Assembly: GCA_951406725.2 (NCBI GenBank)
Contig: OX597830.1
Coordinates: 60,016,001-60,080,000 of the forward strand
DNA: 64,000 bases
Direction of reading: 5' to 3'
DNA from: Octopus vulgaris
Lineage: Eukaryota
This document shows positions 14,443 to 27,140 of this stretch, piece after piece. The notes under the pieces are model-generated. The model made no database searches. It was not told the DNA's origin and was given only the letters and a program-made list of their open reading frames with translations. Position 1 is the first letter of the stretch, and each line of letters opens with the position of its first letter. The translations under genes were made by a program, and so were the position numbers.

Positions 14443-15175
14443 CGTAGTATATTTTTTATAGCGTGCTTTCACTTCACTACCGAGCGCAGCTCTCTGTGCC
14501 TTGGGTATGTGCTGTGATTTGTTGTGATGCTCTGATGGTTATTGTATGGAAAGTGTTCTGCGTAGGATGTGTGCAGTGCCTAGTAGTGCAATTTTCTGTA
14601 TGTTATATGTGTTTGTAAGTCCTGGTGTTTTTGTTATGTATTTTTTTATCATGCCTAATGCACCTATTATGATAGGAATTGTTTCTGCTTTTAGATTCCA
14701 CATTCTGGTTACCTCTATTTCCAGGTCTTTGTAATTTGAAAGTTTCTCCATTTCTTTTAGAGACATGTTGTCATCCGTTGGTATTGATACATCAATTAGA
14801 AAACATTTTTTTTTCTTCATGATCTCTGACAACTATATCTGGTCTGTTTGCCTTAATTTCTCTATCTGTGTGTATTGGCATATCCCAGAGTATGGTTGCT
14901 TTCTCGTTTTCTGTGACCTTTTCTGGTGTGTGCCTATACCATCTTTTTTCTGTTGTTATTCCATAATGTTGGCATAGCTTCCAGTGTATGTAGGTTCCAA
15001 CTCTGTCATGTCTGTGAATATATTCCTTCTTAGCCAGGACTGGGCAGCCAGAGATAATACGATTTATTGTTTCTTCTCCATCTCTACATATTCTGCAGTT
15101 ACTTGTATTTCTTTTCATAACATGTTTTTGGCGATTTCTGGTGGGAAGGCTTTGCTGCAATTAAAAATTCTTCAG
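14443..15175 (-). mobile_element. R4/Dong LINE 3' fragment: CCHC + restriction-like endonuclease + 3' UTR + (TAA)n tail
   Basis: CRICRDGEETINRIISGC, RHDRVG, LWD, NRPDIVV, LIDVSIP, EKLSNYKDL, IIGALG, ALLGTAHILRR; one frameshift in an A-run; tail array 14313-14440. Confidence 0.95.
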
Positions 15176-15479
15176 TCTCTGCTGTAGTGAGGGTGGGTGA
15201 AACACTCACTCACTCAGGGCCATAGAAGCTATGAATGCTTTCAAAATAATTTTTTAGTATTATTTGTGTCAGCTTATATTTTCGCTTCCTCAGTCCTTTC
15301 TTCAAGCTAATTATTTTTCATGGCCCTTAGTTTGTTTTTTTGGTGTTTTTTTTCTAGATGGTTTATATGAACGAAGAACATCAGCTTTTTACTGTATTTG
15401 AAGTTACTGATGACGGCTTTAATTAGCTTATTTTTCTTTCAAAGAAGGCCTTGGATTTCTTTATTTTCATTAAACAAAT

Positions 15480-16400
15480 ACTGGCAGTGTTTACTTGGAT
15501 GACCGAGAAACGTACAGAGTCTCTTTAAAAAGCCCAGCAGCTCTCTGCATCGTTAGGATTGAAGGCTGTGTTGTTTAGTCTTTCAGAGTTGGTTTCAGAA
15601 AGTGCTGTTTTGACAGTTGATGGGTAGAGAATCTCCTCTCAGCTTTCATGGTGGCAGCTTGCCCCAGGGGCATCTTCTGCTTCTAAATATCAACTTACTA
15701 ACAATGAATCTATAAGCAGTGCAGCCTTCATCGTTCAGATTCTGGCATCTGCGCATCACTAGCATCTCGCCTTTTTACAATTACGTAGTCCAGGAGATAC
15801 TAGCGTTGGGGGCGATGATGTAGCCAAGATATTCTGCAAAATACAGTTTAAGTTTGAAGTTGTGTTTAGCACAATTTCTTGAAAGGTGGAGGCCATTGCT
15901 GTTACAAGAACCCACTCCATGATGGCCGAAGACATGAAATCATGCAATCCTGCATCAATCCAGATTGGCAAAGCAAAAATAGCTTATATCAGGTCGATAC
16001 AACTGAAAGTATAGAGTCATGGTAAAACTGATCTTTAGTCTGGATTCAGTGGAATATATGCACCAATAAATCTGCTATATTTATTCAATCTTTCAAGTGA
16101 ATTCTCAGAGAATTAATCCAGTCACTTAACCCTTTGGAGACAGATTTCAATCGAGCAGCGAGAGAACTTTTCATGGCAAAACCAACACCGCTCCCTCTGG
16201 CTTCTAACTTTTCATACCCCTTCCAGAACAACATAGAACCTGCATTTCTTTCCGCCGACCTCTCCAGCGACTCACATCTTACTAAGTCCAACCATATCCA
16301 GAATATAGCATGCAACTTCCAAAGCTATTAGTGCCGTTATGCAGGATTGTTTTTATTATCTTGAGGTTTGGTTTGCACACGTACGGCCTGATCGGGAGTT
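15480..16400 (-). mobile_element. RTE-clade LINE relic, AP-endonuclease region
   Basis: LFWKG...EARGSGVGFAMKS...GLSDWINSLRIHL followed by an IGAY.P-like motif. Confidence 0.8.
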
Positions 16401-17454
16401 GAAGGCCCGACGAAGGAAGATTATTGAAAAGTCACACAAAGAGAAGAAAACGAAACGCCGAATATGCAAAAGTATACAGTTTGAAGAATTAATTTAACAT
16501 TGAAAAAATAAAATCCGAAATGTTTCCACGCGTTGGCCAATTGCCCTTCTTCAATGAACAGAAGACAGCGAGAGTATAAAAAAGAAAAAAAAGAGAAAAA
16601 TTTGTACTAAACAATATTAGAGTTTTGGTCGAGGTGACATGGTCTTTATTGATTAACAGACAGAAATGGTGGAATGGCATTAGGCTTCAAAGGTTTGGAA
16701 ATAGGGAAATGAGTTTTCTTTTGGCAGGAAGAAGTCTATTTAAATGTTGGTACTTGTGCAGGTGCCGTCAAAATGGTCAAATTGCAGTTAGATTCATCTG
16801 CAGGCTTGACCAGATGTATCTATTCTTACAAAGTCAAACAGATTGAAATATATGGCCATTGTTGTTTTTTGACTTCAAACGAAACCAGTCTATGCTTTCT
16901 CTATTATGTAAGTTAACTCAAAACATGAATTCTTACTTTCTTAAAATCATCTCCCCGTTCCTTTGAAAGGCACTAAAAACTGCTACAAGTTTGTTGCTTT
17001 CTTCCTTAGAAGAGAAATTAGAGAAAAATTACAGTGGATTACCTATTTACTTCATGACATTCAGTACATCACTCTTTAATTAAATTATCCAAATTCGTGT
17101 AATTGCCTCATTTGAATTTTTCTTACATCTCTTATTTTTAATTATGCAATTATTCTCAGCTAAAAATATACTTAATAACTCTCCTTCTAAATAAAATTCT
17201 TTGCAAGCTTGAACATTTTTTTCCGTTCTTAAGAGGTCAATCAGACCAAAATATGTCTGTAATTGTCCCTGGCTTCCAAACTAATTTTTCCTTAAGTATG
17301 TAAATTAACTTGAGAAATTAATTCTTAATTTCTTAAAATTAACTTTCACTCCCTTTGAGACTTGAGACAATTAACGAAAGCTAAGCTGTTGTTTACTATC
17401 CTCGGCATAGATGCCAATTTCTTTGACTCTATTTATACATATATCTTTTATCCT

Positions 17455-17900
17455 TTTTTTTTTTTACTTGTTTCAGTCATTAGATTGTGGCCATGCTGGA
17501 GCACCGCCTTGAAGAATTTTTAGTTGAAAGAATCGACCCCAAGACTTTTTATTTTTTTAAGTCTGGTACTTATTCTATCAATTTTTTTTTTGCCGAACCG
17601 CTTATTTACGGTGACGTAAACACACCATCACCGGTTGTCAAGCAGTACTGAGGGGACAAACACAAACACAAACACACACATAGACACAAAGGCACACACA
17701 CACACACATACATACATATATACATACATACATCCATGCATACATGCATACATACGACGGGCATCCTTCAGTTTTCATCTACCAAATCCAGTCACAAGTC
17801 TTTGGTCGCCCCGAGGATAAAGTAGAAAACACTTGCTCAAGTTGTCACGCAGAGGGACTGAACCCAGAACCATGTGACTGGTAAGCAAAGGTCTTACCAC
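17455..17900 (-). mobile_element. SINE family B
   Basis: Colinear with family B copies. Confidence 0.85.
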
Positions 17901-18587
17901 TTGCTTCTTAAACAAGATAATAAATGGTACCTTGCTTATTTTAAAGTGATTCTCACTCGTACTTACAGACAGCCCCCCCTCCATACACATATATAGTAAA
18001 AACTAGCAATATGATATATTACCTGATTCACCATAACCAAGTTATTTCACTCGCTGGAATGTTCTGTTGTTGGAGAAGGGTATGAACCTGAGATCTTAAG
18101 GTATCTCTGCTCGTCCACGGCCTGAAACGCCACCCAAAACTAATATTCAGCAATAATCTATAAATATCTTATTCTGTTGAAACTAGAGAATATTGCGAAT
18201 GTCTGTTTATGTATGTGAATATCTATAAGTATGTGGTGTGTGTGTGTGTGTGTGTAAATGTACATGTGAGTTTGCACTAAGCTAGACCATAAAATCGATA
18301 TTATAGTTCAATGCAGGTGTCTTGATTTGGGGAACTGGACACTAAGTGGAGATAGTAGTTATGAAGAAAAACATTCAAGAAGGTGATGTTGGGAGAGACT
18401 AGGTGTGATATAACCACAACGATGACGACGACAATAGGGATGACGATGACGGCGACGGTAGTGGTGGTGATGGCGGTGGTTGTGGTAGTGGTGGTGGTGG
18501 TGGTGGTGGTGATGGTGGCGGTGGTAGTGATGGTGACGCATATAGTTAAAAATGAAACGGTGGCGTAACAATGAAAGAAAAAAAAAA

Positions 18588-18700
18588 CTAAACGGCGTCT
18601 AGTTTGTTGGAGCCCGGCGGATGGCTTCATTCTGATTGGACAGGGTGTCTATGACATCACCATGCGACAGAGCCAATCATATCCGCATTCCGGCTAATCA
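18588..18700. promoter_or_regulatory. Promoter-like module 1: AACGG, ATTGG-12nt-TGACATCA, second CCAAT, TTCCGG
   Basis: CpG-enriched single-copy patch; motifs at 18635-39, 18652-59, 18673-77, 18688-93. Confidence 0.55.
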
Positions 18701-18960
18701 AAGTATCTGTCGACATTCTTCAGATTGTTAATACCATTTCTGTCTCAACTGGAACCTTCTAAGCTTTGGTGTGATTAATGGGGTGGAGGGGTGGGATTTA
18801 ACACGTTTACTAACTTTGACACATTCGCATCTATCCACATGCACTAAATTAATTATACACATACATCATATATGCTTATGCTGTACACGCACACATATGC
18901 ACATACACACACATATACATGTATAGATTCATATACTTATATATATATATATGTATGTGT

Positions 18961-19000
<40 letters not shown>

Positions 19001-19159
19001 GCGCGCATATATATGTATGTATATATATTCATATATACACACGCATACATATCTCTACGTGTGTATATACACGCATGCACGCGCACACACGCGAGCACAA
19101 ACACACACGCGAGCACAAACACTTGGAGATATGATGACGCATATAATGTATAATTTGCA

Positions 19160-19436
19160 TTAAACGGCAATGTAAGAAATGCAAACATCTTTTAGATTTT
19201 GATAGCCTGTATCTGATTGGTCCAGCGGTCTATGACGTCACAATGCGACTCGCACTTACCAGGTGCATTTCCGGCTTCATATCTTCACTCGTCGCTGAAA
19301 CTCAGTGCAGATCGATGATCAAAGACCAGCCCTGTCTCTGATATGTCACCTCTGCTGTAATCTTTTTGCACTGAGTTACTGAAGTTTTACTGCAACCATT
19401 CTCTGCTTCTCCGGCCTTCCTGTACAGCAAGTAAGG
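19160..19436 (+). promoter_or_regulatory. Promoter-like module 2 and putative non-coding first exon with donor CAA|GTAAGG
   Basis: ATTGG 19216-20, perfect CRE TGACGTCA 19233-40, ETS-like TTTCCGG ~19268-74, donor at 19431. Confidence 0.55.
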
Positions 19437-20196
19437 TTATCATTGAGAAATAAATCATACTTCTAAAGAAAACTGAAATTTTTAGTTTCACGATAAAAAA
19501 AAAAATTTTTCTTGCTTTCTTCAATAGTTAAGTCGCAATATAAATAGAAGTGATCAGCTTATGTTAGCTTAGTATTCTGCGGCGCTCATCATCTTCTTAA
19601 ATTTCAAGCTCAGTAGCACCCCCGCCTTTACGAAACGAGTGAAGATACAGAGAGAAAAAATTAGCAAACTTCTACGTGCCAACTACATCATATCACTCTT
19701 CAGACAGTACCTTCACAACAGTAGCCTTGAGAGAGTATCTAATGCCAAACATTCTCAACTACTCCCAAGGACCCTTTTCCTTACAAAATCTATCACTTCA
19801 ACAACTACGACTTTTAGTAACTACAGTGACTACGAACAACATTCTTGTTTATGAGGAAGGTGATGCTGCTTTGCCGATTCTAGATTCTGCATCTTAGGTT
19901 CAATGGTTGGCAGTTTTAAATATAGGTCATGTTTTTTAAAAAGTGTTTAAAAAAATTAAACCATTCCTTCGGATTTTGAAAGTTTCAAAGTTTATCCTCT
20001 ATAAGTCATAGTGACAAATTATATCTTTTATCCTGCAGATTCTTGATCTTTTTAAAAACCATTTATTAGCGACAAAGGCAGTATTAATACTAAGAAATAA
20101 TATTTATCCCCACTGAAAAGTAGATGTTCTGTTAGAACAAATTATACTGTAGTAGATACAACGAGGCAGCTCATTCTAACAGAACATCCATGTTTA

Positions 20197-20412
20197 GGCG
20201 GTGAGCTGGCAGAAATGTTAGCGCGCCGGGAGAAATGCTTAGCGGTATTTCGTCTGCCGCTACGTTCTGAGTTCAAATTCCGCCGAGGTCGACTTTGCCT
20301 TTCATCCTTTCGGGCTCGATTAAATAAGTACCAGTTACGCAATGGGGTCGATATAATTGACTTAATCCGTGTGTCTGTCCTTGTTTGTCCCCTTGTAGAC
20401 AATAAAGAAACA
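20197..20412 (+). mobile_element. SINE family A, 16-bp TSD
   Basis: TSD agaacatccatgttta at 20181-20196 and 20413-20428. Confidence 0.92.
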
Positions 20413-20861
20413 AGAACATCCATGTTTAAGTGAGCATGAACTTCATATTTAGCTCACGGATATCCACTCTTACCTTCTCCTCACCCGGACCACAGGGCAC
20501 TGTTTGGGAATTCGTCTTTCATCCTTTTAGCTCACGAAATAACAGCTAAATCTCCCTCAACCCACATCCTGTCATCTGAAAAGGGATGGGGCACAAGGTG
20601 ACGAATGGTTTTGGATACACCATACCTGAAAAGAAAAGAAGGATGGAAACGGCCAGAATATCTTTAATTATAGCTGATTTCTCACTAAACTACAACAACG
20701 ACAACAACATTCTTTCTATTATATCCACAAGGGTTCAAAATATTTGGTAGGAGAGAAAGATCAGTCGATTTCATCGACCTTAGTGTTCAACGGATTCTAT
20801 TCTACCGTCTCTAAAAGAATGAAAGGCCAAGTCGAACAACAACAATAATATTGGCAGAATA

Positions 20862-21080
20862 TTGGTAAATTTTGGCACAAGGCCAGCATTTTCAAGGGAA
20901 TAGGGTAAGTCGATTACATTGACCCCAGTGCTAACTGCTACCTATTTTATTGACCTCCGAAGGGATGAAAAGCAAAGTCGACCTCGGCGGAATTTGAACT
21001 CAGAATATAAAGACGGACGAAACGCCGCTAAGCATTTTGCCCGGCGCTCTACCGATTCTGTTCTGCCAGCTTGCGGCCTT
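20862..21080 (-). mobile_element. SINE family A (alternative tail)
   Basis: Family A core plus aaattttggcacaaggccagc tail. Confidence 0.85.
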
Positions 21081-21309
21081 AAATACCTAATAATAATATT
21101 AACAACTGCAACAGCACCACCGACAACAACACCATCATAAAAAACAACAACAAGAACAACAGCATCAACACCACCATTACCACCAACACTAACCTCAACC
21201 AATAACAACAACAACAATAATGACGCCGACGGCAACAACAATAACAACAGCAGTAATAACGGCAGCACCACCAACATCAACAATAGCAGGAGCAGCAGCT
21301 TAGCGTCTT

Positions 21310-21464
21310 TGCAGAATTCTACAAAGCCAAACCTTTTAATCGTCAGCTGTAGTTAATTCATCTGTCATTAAATCAGCAATAAGAAAAATAGCAGCAACAG
21401 CAGTGGCAGCAGCAGCAGCAGCAGCAGCAGCGGCAGTGGCAGCAGCAGCAGCAGCAGTAGCAGC

Positions 21465-21502
<38 letters not shown>

Positions 21503-21540
21503 CAGCAGCAGCAGAGAGTAGTGTAGTGTAGTAGTGTAGC

Positions 21541-21582
<42 letters not shown>

Positions 21583-21900
21583 CAGCACAGCAGCAGTGTA
21601 GTAGTAGTAGTAGTAGTAGTAGCAAGTAGTAGTGTAGGTGTAGTGTAGTGTAGCAGCAGCAGCAGCAGTGTGTAGTGTAGTAGTGTAGTAGCAGCAGCAG
21701 CAGCGCAGCGTGTGTAGTAGTAGTAGTAGCAGCAGCAGTGGTAGTAGTTGCAGAATTCTACAAAGCCAAACCTTTTAATAGTCAGCTGTAGTTAATTCAT
21801 CTGTCATTAAATCAGCAATAAGAAAAATAGCAGCAGCGGCAGAAGCAGCAGTAGCAGCAGCAGCAGCAGCGGCAGTGGCAGCAGCAGCAGCAGCAGTAGC

Positions 21901-21983
<83 letters not shown>

Positions 21984-21998
21984 TAGTAGTAGTAGCAA

Positions 21999-22079
<81 letters not shown>

Positions 22080-22086
22080 TAGTAGC

Positions 22087-22118
<32 letters not shown>

Positions 22119-22119
22119 A

Positions 22120-22208
<89 letters not shown>

Positions 22209-22233
22209 TAGCAGCAGCAGTAGTAGTAGCAGC

Positions 22234-22319
<86 letters not shown>

Positions 22320-22379
22320 CAATAGTAGTAGTAGTAGTAGTAGTAGCAGCAGCAGCAGTAGTAGTAGTAGTAGTAGCAA

Positions 22380-22412
<33 letters not shown>

Positions 22413-22445
22413 CAGCAGCAGCAGCAGTAGTAGTGGTAGTAGTAG
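21310..22445. repeat. Tandem duplication of an ~85-bp unique segment, each copy followed by a (GCA/GTA)n array
   Basis: tgcagaattctacaaagccaaacc... at 21310 and 21750. Confidence 0.9.
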
Positions 22446-22754
22446 TCGTACTAATAGTACGTGTTGTTGGTATTATCTATAGTAAGTAGTGTTGCAGTAG
22501 TAGTTGCAGTAGTAGTTGCAGTTGAAGTAGTCATACTAATAGTGATAGTGGTGGTGGTGGTGGTGGTTGTGGTGGTGGTGTGTTAGTCGTCTGAATGGTG
22601 TAACTGGCGGCGTTAATCGTAGAATGCTTTGTAGAAGTGATCGCGTTGTTCGTAGTGTCAGTATAAGTGGTGGTGGTGGTGGTGGTTGTACAGGTGGGAG
22701 TGTGAGGGTTGCAGCGGCAGTGGCGTTGCAGGTGGTGATTATGATGACCATTTT

Positions 22755-22788
<34 letters not shown>

Positions 22789-23060
22789 CAATTTAGTAAC
22801 CTAACAACAATATATATTGGACGTGGAATCCCAGTTTAACAATCACAATAATAGTAACAAAAGTGATTGCTTGCAACAACAACAACAATAGCAAAATAAC
22901 AATGATATTAACTAGAACAACAACAACAACAACAACAACAACATCACCAACAATAATAACTGCAACGATAGTCTTGATGTTTATTAATAGAGGCAAATAG
23001 AAATATTTTAGAATTGTTGATGGAGGAGATTTTATTTTAATAACAAGATACATAATAATG

Positions 23061-23115
<55 letters not shown>

Positions 23116-23118
23116 TTA

Positions 23119-23151
<33 letters not shown>

Positions 23152-23160
23152 GTGATGATT

Positions 23161-24442
23161 TCTTTATTGGCCACAAAGGATTTACATCAAGAAAAACGTT
23201 ATGGATTGTACAGGATAAAAGACTAAATGAGTGTGTGTATATGTGCGCGTGTTTTATTGTGATATTTTTTGCGTGTAAACAGGTTTAACGCCAAAAAAAA
23301 AAAAAGTTTAACAACGTGCAATCCTCAACAAGGAGGGGACTTTCAAGAGCTGCTCATGGAACAACCCCATAAAATCCCCAAGTTCCCTGACTTCTGGGGC
23401 AGGTGCCATTTCACAGTTCCTCGTCTTCAATTACAGGCATATACCCAGGGTAGACCCGTTTACTCGCAACATTCTCGCCACCTTTCAACTAAATGGCTGG
23501 AAGACAACTCTTCCCTCTCTGGGCCTTATTTTTCTCTTCAAGATTCACTTGAAGAAGTTCATCAGAAAGTGGTCAAAGAGAAAAGTGTTTGTCTTCAGCC
23601 CCTTCAATTTCATTCACCATACAACTTCTTTCGCCATGGCCACCAGGCATATACAAACTGCCTGCCCTTCCCGGTTAAAAGAATTGCGGCGGAGCGATCT
23701 TCCTGATGGATTCAGTTGACAGCCGGATTCGTCCCACACGCGACAGCAGGTGTTCAACATAAGCTCACAGGTCAATAATGCTCAGACACTGGGCGAGTGC
23801 ATGTAGAATGGTTTCGTCGTCCTGTGCACATCTCAGACATGCTTGGCTGACGGCACTTCCGTGCCTGTAAAGTTTATCCCGAATAAGCAAAGCTCCCGGA
23901 AGTTATCCATCGGTCCCGGGTCGAAAACTCTCTGGAAGAGAATAGCTAATTGTTCGCCTTCCACGTTCAAGGTCTCCTCAAGAACGTCGTCGCACTTTCC
24001 CGCCACTAATCCTCTACAGAACGCTAAAGTGGGCTTTTCACCTATCGCAATGTTCGGCTGCCTGAAGGATTGGTAAGCGCTTGAAGACATTTCACTTTCA
24101 AAATGCCTTTTCTCGGTTTCTGTTCGACCTTAGACTGCAGCTCCGTTAAGGAGACCAGTTGGGAAAACACGAGTTTGGCGAACGGCGACTACACTTGTTC
24201 ACCGTCATGGAAGAGCTGGAGATGTCGTAACCTTGGCGCATGTTTGCGCATCATCAGCCACGGCATCCCCAATCCACCACGCAGCGGGCGTTGACAGCAG
24301 ATAGCCTTCATGACCATCGGATTGCGTTCCATCCACAAAAAGCGAAAGACTATATGGTCTAATGCAATAAGACAGAGCCGGAACAGGGCACGACGTTCAA
24401 GAGGTAGTAGATCACGGGCGCAATGTACTCGCTAGCCACCAA

Positions 24443-24444
<2 letters not shown>
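23161..24444 (-). mobile_element. Tx1/L1-clade LINE, 5'-truncated (post-RT region, zf-RVT, 3' UTR)
   Basis: FRFLW...CCQRPLRGGLGMPWL and RCAQDDETILHALAQC; 3' end tgtggccaataaaga followed by (ATC/ATT)n. Confidence 0.85.
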
Positions 24445-24536
<92 letters not shown>

Positions 24537-24537
<1 letters not shown>

Positions 24538-24838
24538 GTCGATAGATATGACAGGTGAGCTTAGGAGGTTGAGCAGTTGTGGTCGCTGAAAAAGGTGGTA
24601 GTAGTACTGATAATTGTCGGAGCCCTGAGAAAAGTGAGTAAAAATCTTGAAACGTACACGGAACAAATAGGGGCTGCAATAAGGGTGCAGCACTTGCAGA
24701 AAGCAGCACTGCTTGGAACCGCTTGAAATAATCCGGAGGGTGCTCGAAAAATAAGCGGTTTTACCTCAGTTCACTGGTAGTGAACAGCTGGCACCGTAGT
24801 ACATCTCCTGCATTAGTAGCTGTGCAAAGACAATAAAT
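24537..24838 (+). mobile_element. R4/Dong LINE extreme 3' end between TAA arrays
   Basis: LWSLKKVVVVLIIVGAL...LQKAALLGTA..IRRVLEK*. Confidence 0.85.
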
Positions 24839-24857
24839 AACAACAACAACAACAATA

Positions 24858-24926
<69 letters not shown>

Positions 24927-24930
24927 GTGG

Positions 24931-25014
<84 letters not shown>

Positions 25015-25016
25015 TG

Positions 25017-25073
<57 letters not shown>

Positions 25074-25080
25074 GTAATAT

Positions 25081-25355
25081 GGATAATTCACCTTTGGAAA
25101 TATGGGTGTTTCGTTCAACATCCTTAAACAAACTTTAGTCAGGGACCATTTGAGCGGGATGGGCTCGACGTGAAGAAAATTCTAACTGGGCCCCACCTGC
25201 AAAGTCACGTGCTGTTTATCTTGATATGAGATCACCATATGGTTGTGATGCATGTGCCTGGTATACCCTTATCAGAAGAGTAATCATGATGGGTATACTG
25301 GGCTTCGTATATTTTAGCCAGTGTCACTTTGATGGCATGCACTTCTCTATCACTC
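25081..25355 (+). mobile_element. Repeat family D, 3' half, within a (TAA)n array
   Basis: Reverse complement of 4538-4822. Confidence 0.8.
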
Positions 25356-25376
25356 AATAATAATAATAATAATAAT

Positions 25377-25444
<68 letters not shown>

Positions 25445-25450
25445 TAATAA

Positions 25451-27140
25451 TCTAATTATCAGGAACTGTAAGAGGAGACACACAAACCTGAGCATGGCAT
25501 GGGTTGACTATCGTAAACATACGATATGATACCATATTCCTCGATAATAAAAACAATGGAAATGTATGGAGTAGCAGAAACTATGAGAAGCCTTATATGG
25601 AATAGCATGAAATGCTGGAGAATGGAATTAGCAGCTAGGAATCAACTGTTAGGAGAGGTTAAAATCAAGAGAGTTATCTTCCAGTAGGGCAGTGTCCCCC
25701 CCACCCACTGAGCTTCGTGCACGGAACGATATCCTTGAGTAAAATACTTCAGAAAACAAAGTTGGAGGTATGGATCTGGGAATGGGTAAGGCAAAACTGA
25801 ACCACTTGCTATTCATGGACGACCTGAAGCTATTCACAAAAACTGAGGCAGAACTGGACAGCTTAGTCCAGCCTGTGCGGATTTTCTCCCATGATATTAA
25901 GATGGAGTTTGGACTCTCAAAATGTGCTACAATGGTGATGAGACGAGGAAAGCTTTTCAGAACAGAAAAGTGGTGAAATGATGAAGGCAATTCGACCTCA
26001 ATCCAGCTATATATATCTGGGAATAGTTGAGGCAGATGGAATCAAACACAACATAAAAGGAAAAGACAAAAAAAAAAAAAAAAAGAGTACCTACGGCGAG
26101 TGAGAAAAATATTGGCGTCAAAGATGAATGCCAGAAACATAATTTCGGCAATTAACTCGCGCGCAGTCGAAGTAGTTCGGTATGGCGCTGGATTCCTGAA
26201 ATGGACAGAGGAAGGACTAAAGACGGGCAAGAAGTCAAGAAAGTTTCTAACAATGCATAGTGCCCATCATCCACATGCAGACCCAAACAAACACTGATCG
26301 AAGTGCAAATGGAGAAAGAGAACAGATAAGTGTGGAAGACTTATGAGATACCTAGCCCTTTTCTAATTTAGGCACAAGGCCAGAAATTTTGGGGGAAGGG
26401 GCCAGTCGATTAAGTCGACCACAGTACGCAACAAGTACTTAATTTATTGACCCCGCAAGGATAAAAGGTAAAGTCGACCTCAGCGGAATTTGAAATCAGA
26501 ACATAAAGACAGACGAAATACCTATTTCTTTACTACCCTCAAGGGGCTAAACATAGAGGAGACAAACAAGGTCGATTATATCGACCCCGGTGCGTAACTG
26601 GTACTTAATTTATCGACCCCGAAAGGATGAAAGGCAAAGTCAACCTCAGCGAAATTTGAACTCAGAACGTTAAGACAGACGAAATACCGCTAAACTTTTC
26701 GCCCGGCGTGCTAACGATTCTACCAGCTCGCCGCCTTAAAGTAAGGAAACCTTGCTAGTGACAGTTAGGAACGATGGAGTATTGAAAGCAGAGAGAAAAA
26801 AAGGAAAACAAAGGAAGTACAAAAAGGATATGAAGAAGAATTACGCAAGAAGGGACTACACAATCAATTCCATTGTAGCCACAACAGAAGTTGCTGGAAA
26901 CAATTAGGTGGGATTGGCTGATGAAAGGAACACTAAAGAAGGAGACCGAGAGCACTATACTGGCGGTGCAAGACCAAGCTTTGGCCACAGACTGGGGGGG
27001 GTCAACCTTAGGAATGAGCATGTGTCTCCACTGTGCCGCGTCTGCAATAGAGTGGATGAAGCCATTGTCCATATCACAAACGAATGCCCTAGACTTGCCC
27101 AAAACCAGTACAAGTTGTGGCGACACTATGAAAAAGTAAG
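25451..27140 (+). mobile_element. R4/Dong LINE fragment (RT to CCHC), interrupted by a SINE
   Basis: NLSMAWVDYRK, NHLLFMDDLKLF, MEFGLSKCA, AINSRAVEVVRYG, LKKETESTILAVQDQAL, CRVC...HITNEC. Confidence 0.93.
26365..26737 (-). mobile_element. Dimeric SINE family A insertion
   Basis: Two family A cores joined at aaagaaatag|gtatttcgtc. Confidence 0.85.

Noticed and set aside
19312-19355. SECIS or C/D snoRNA in the exon-1 hairpin
   Set aside because: AUGA-to-AAA spacing too short for SECIS; no RUGAUGA box C
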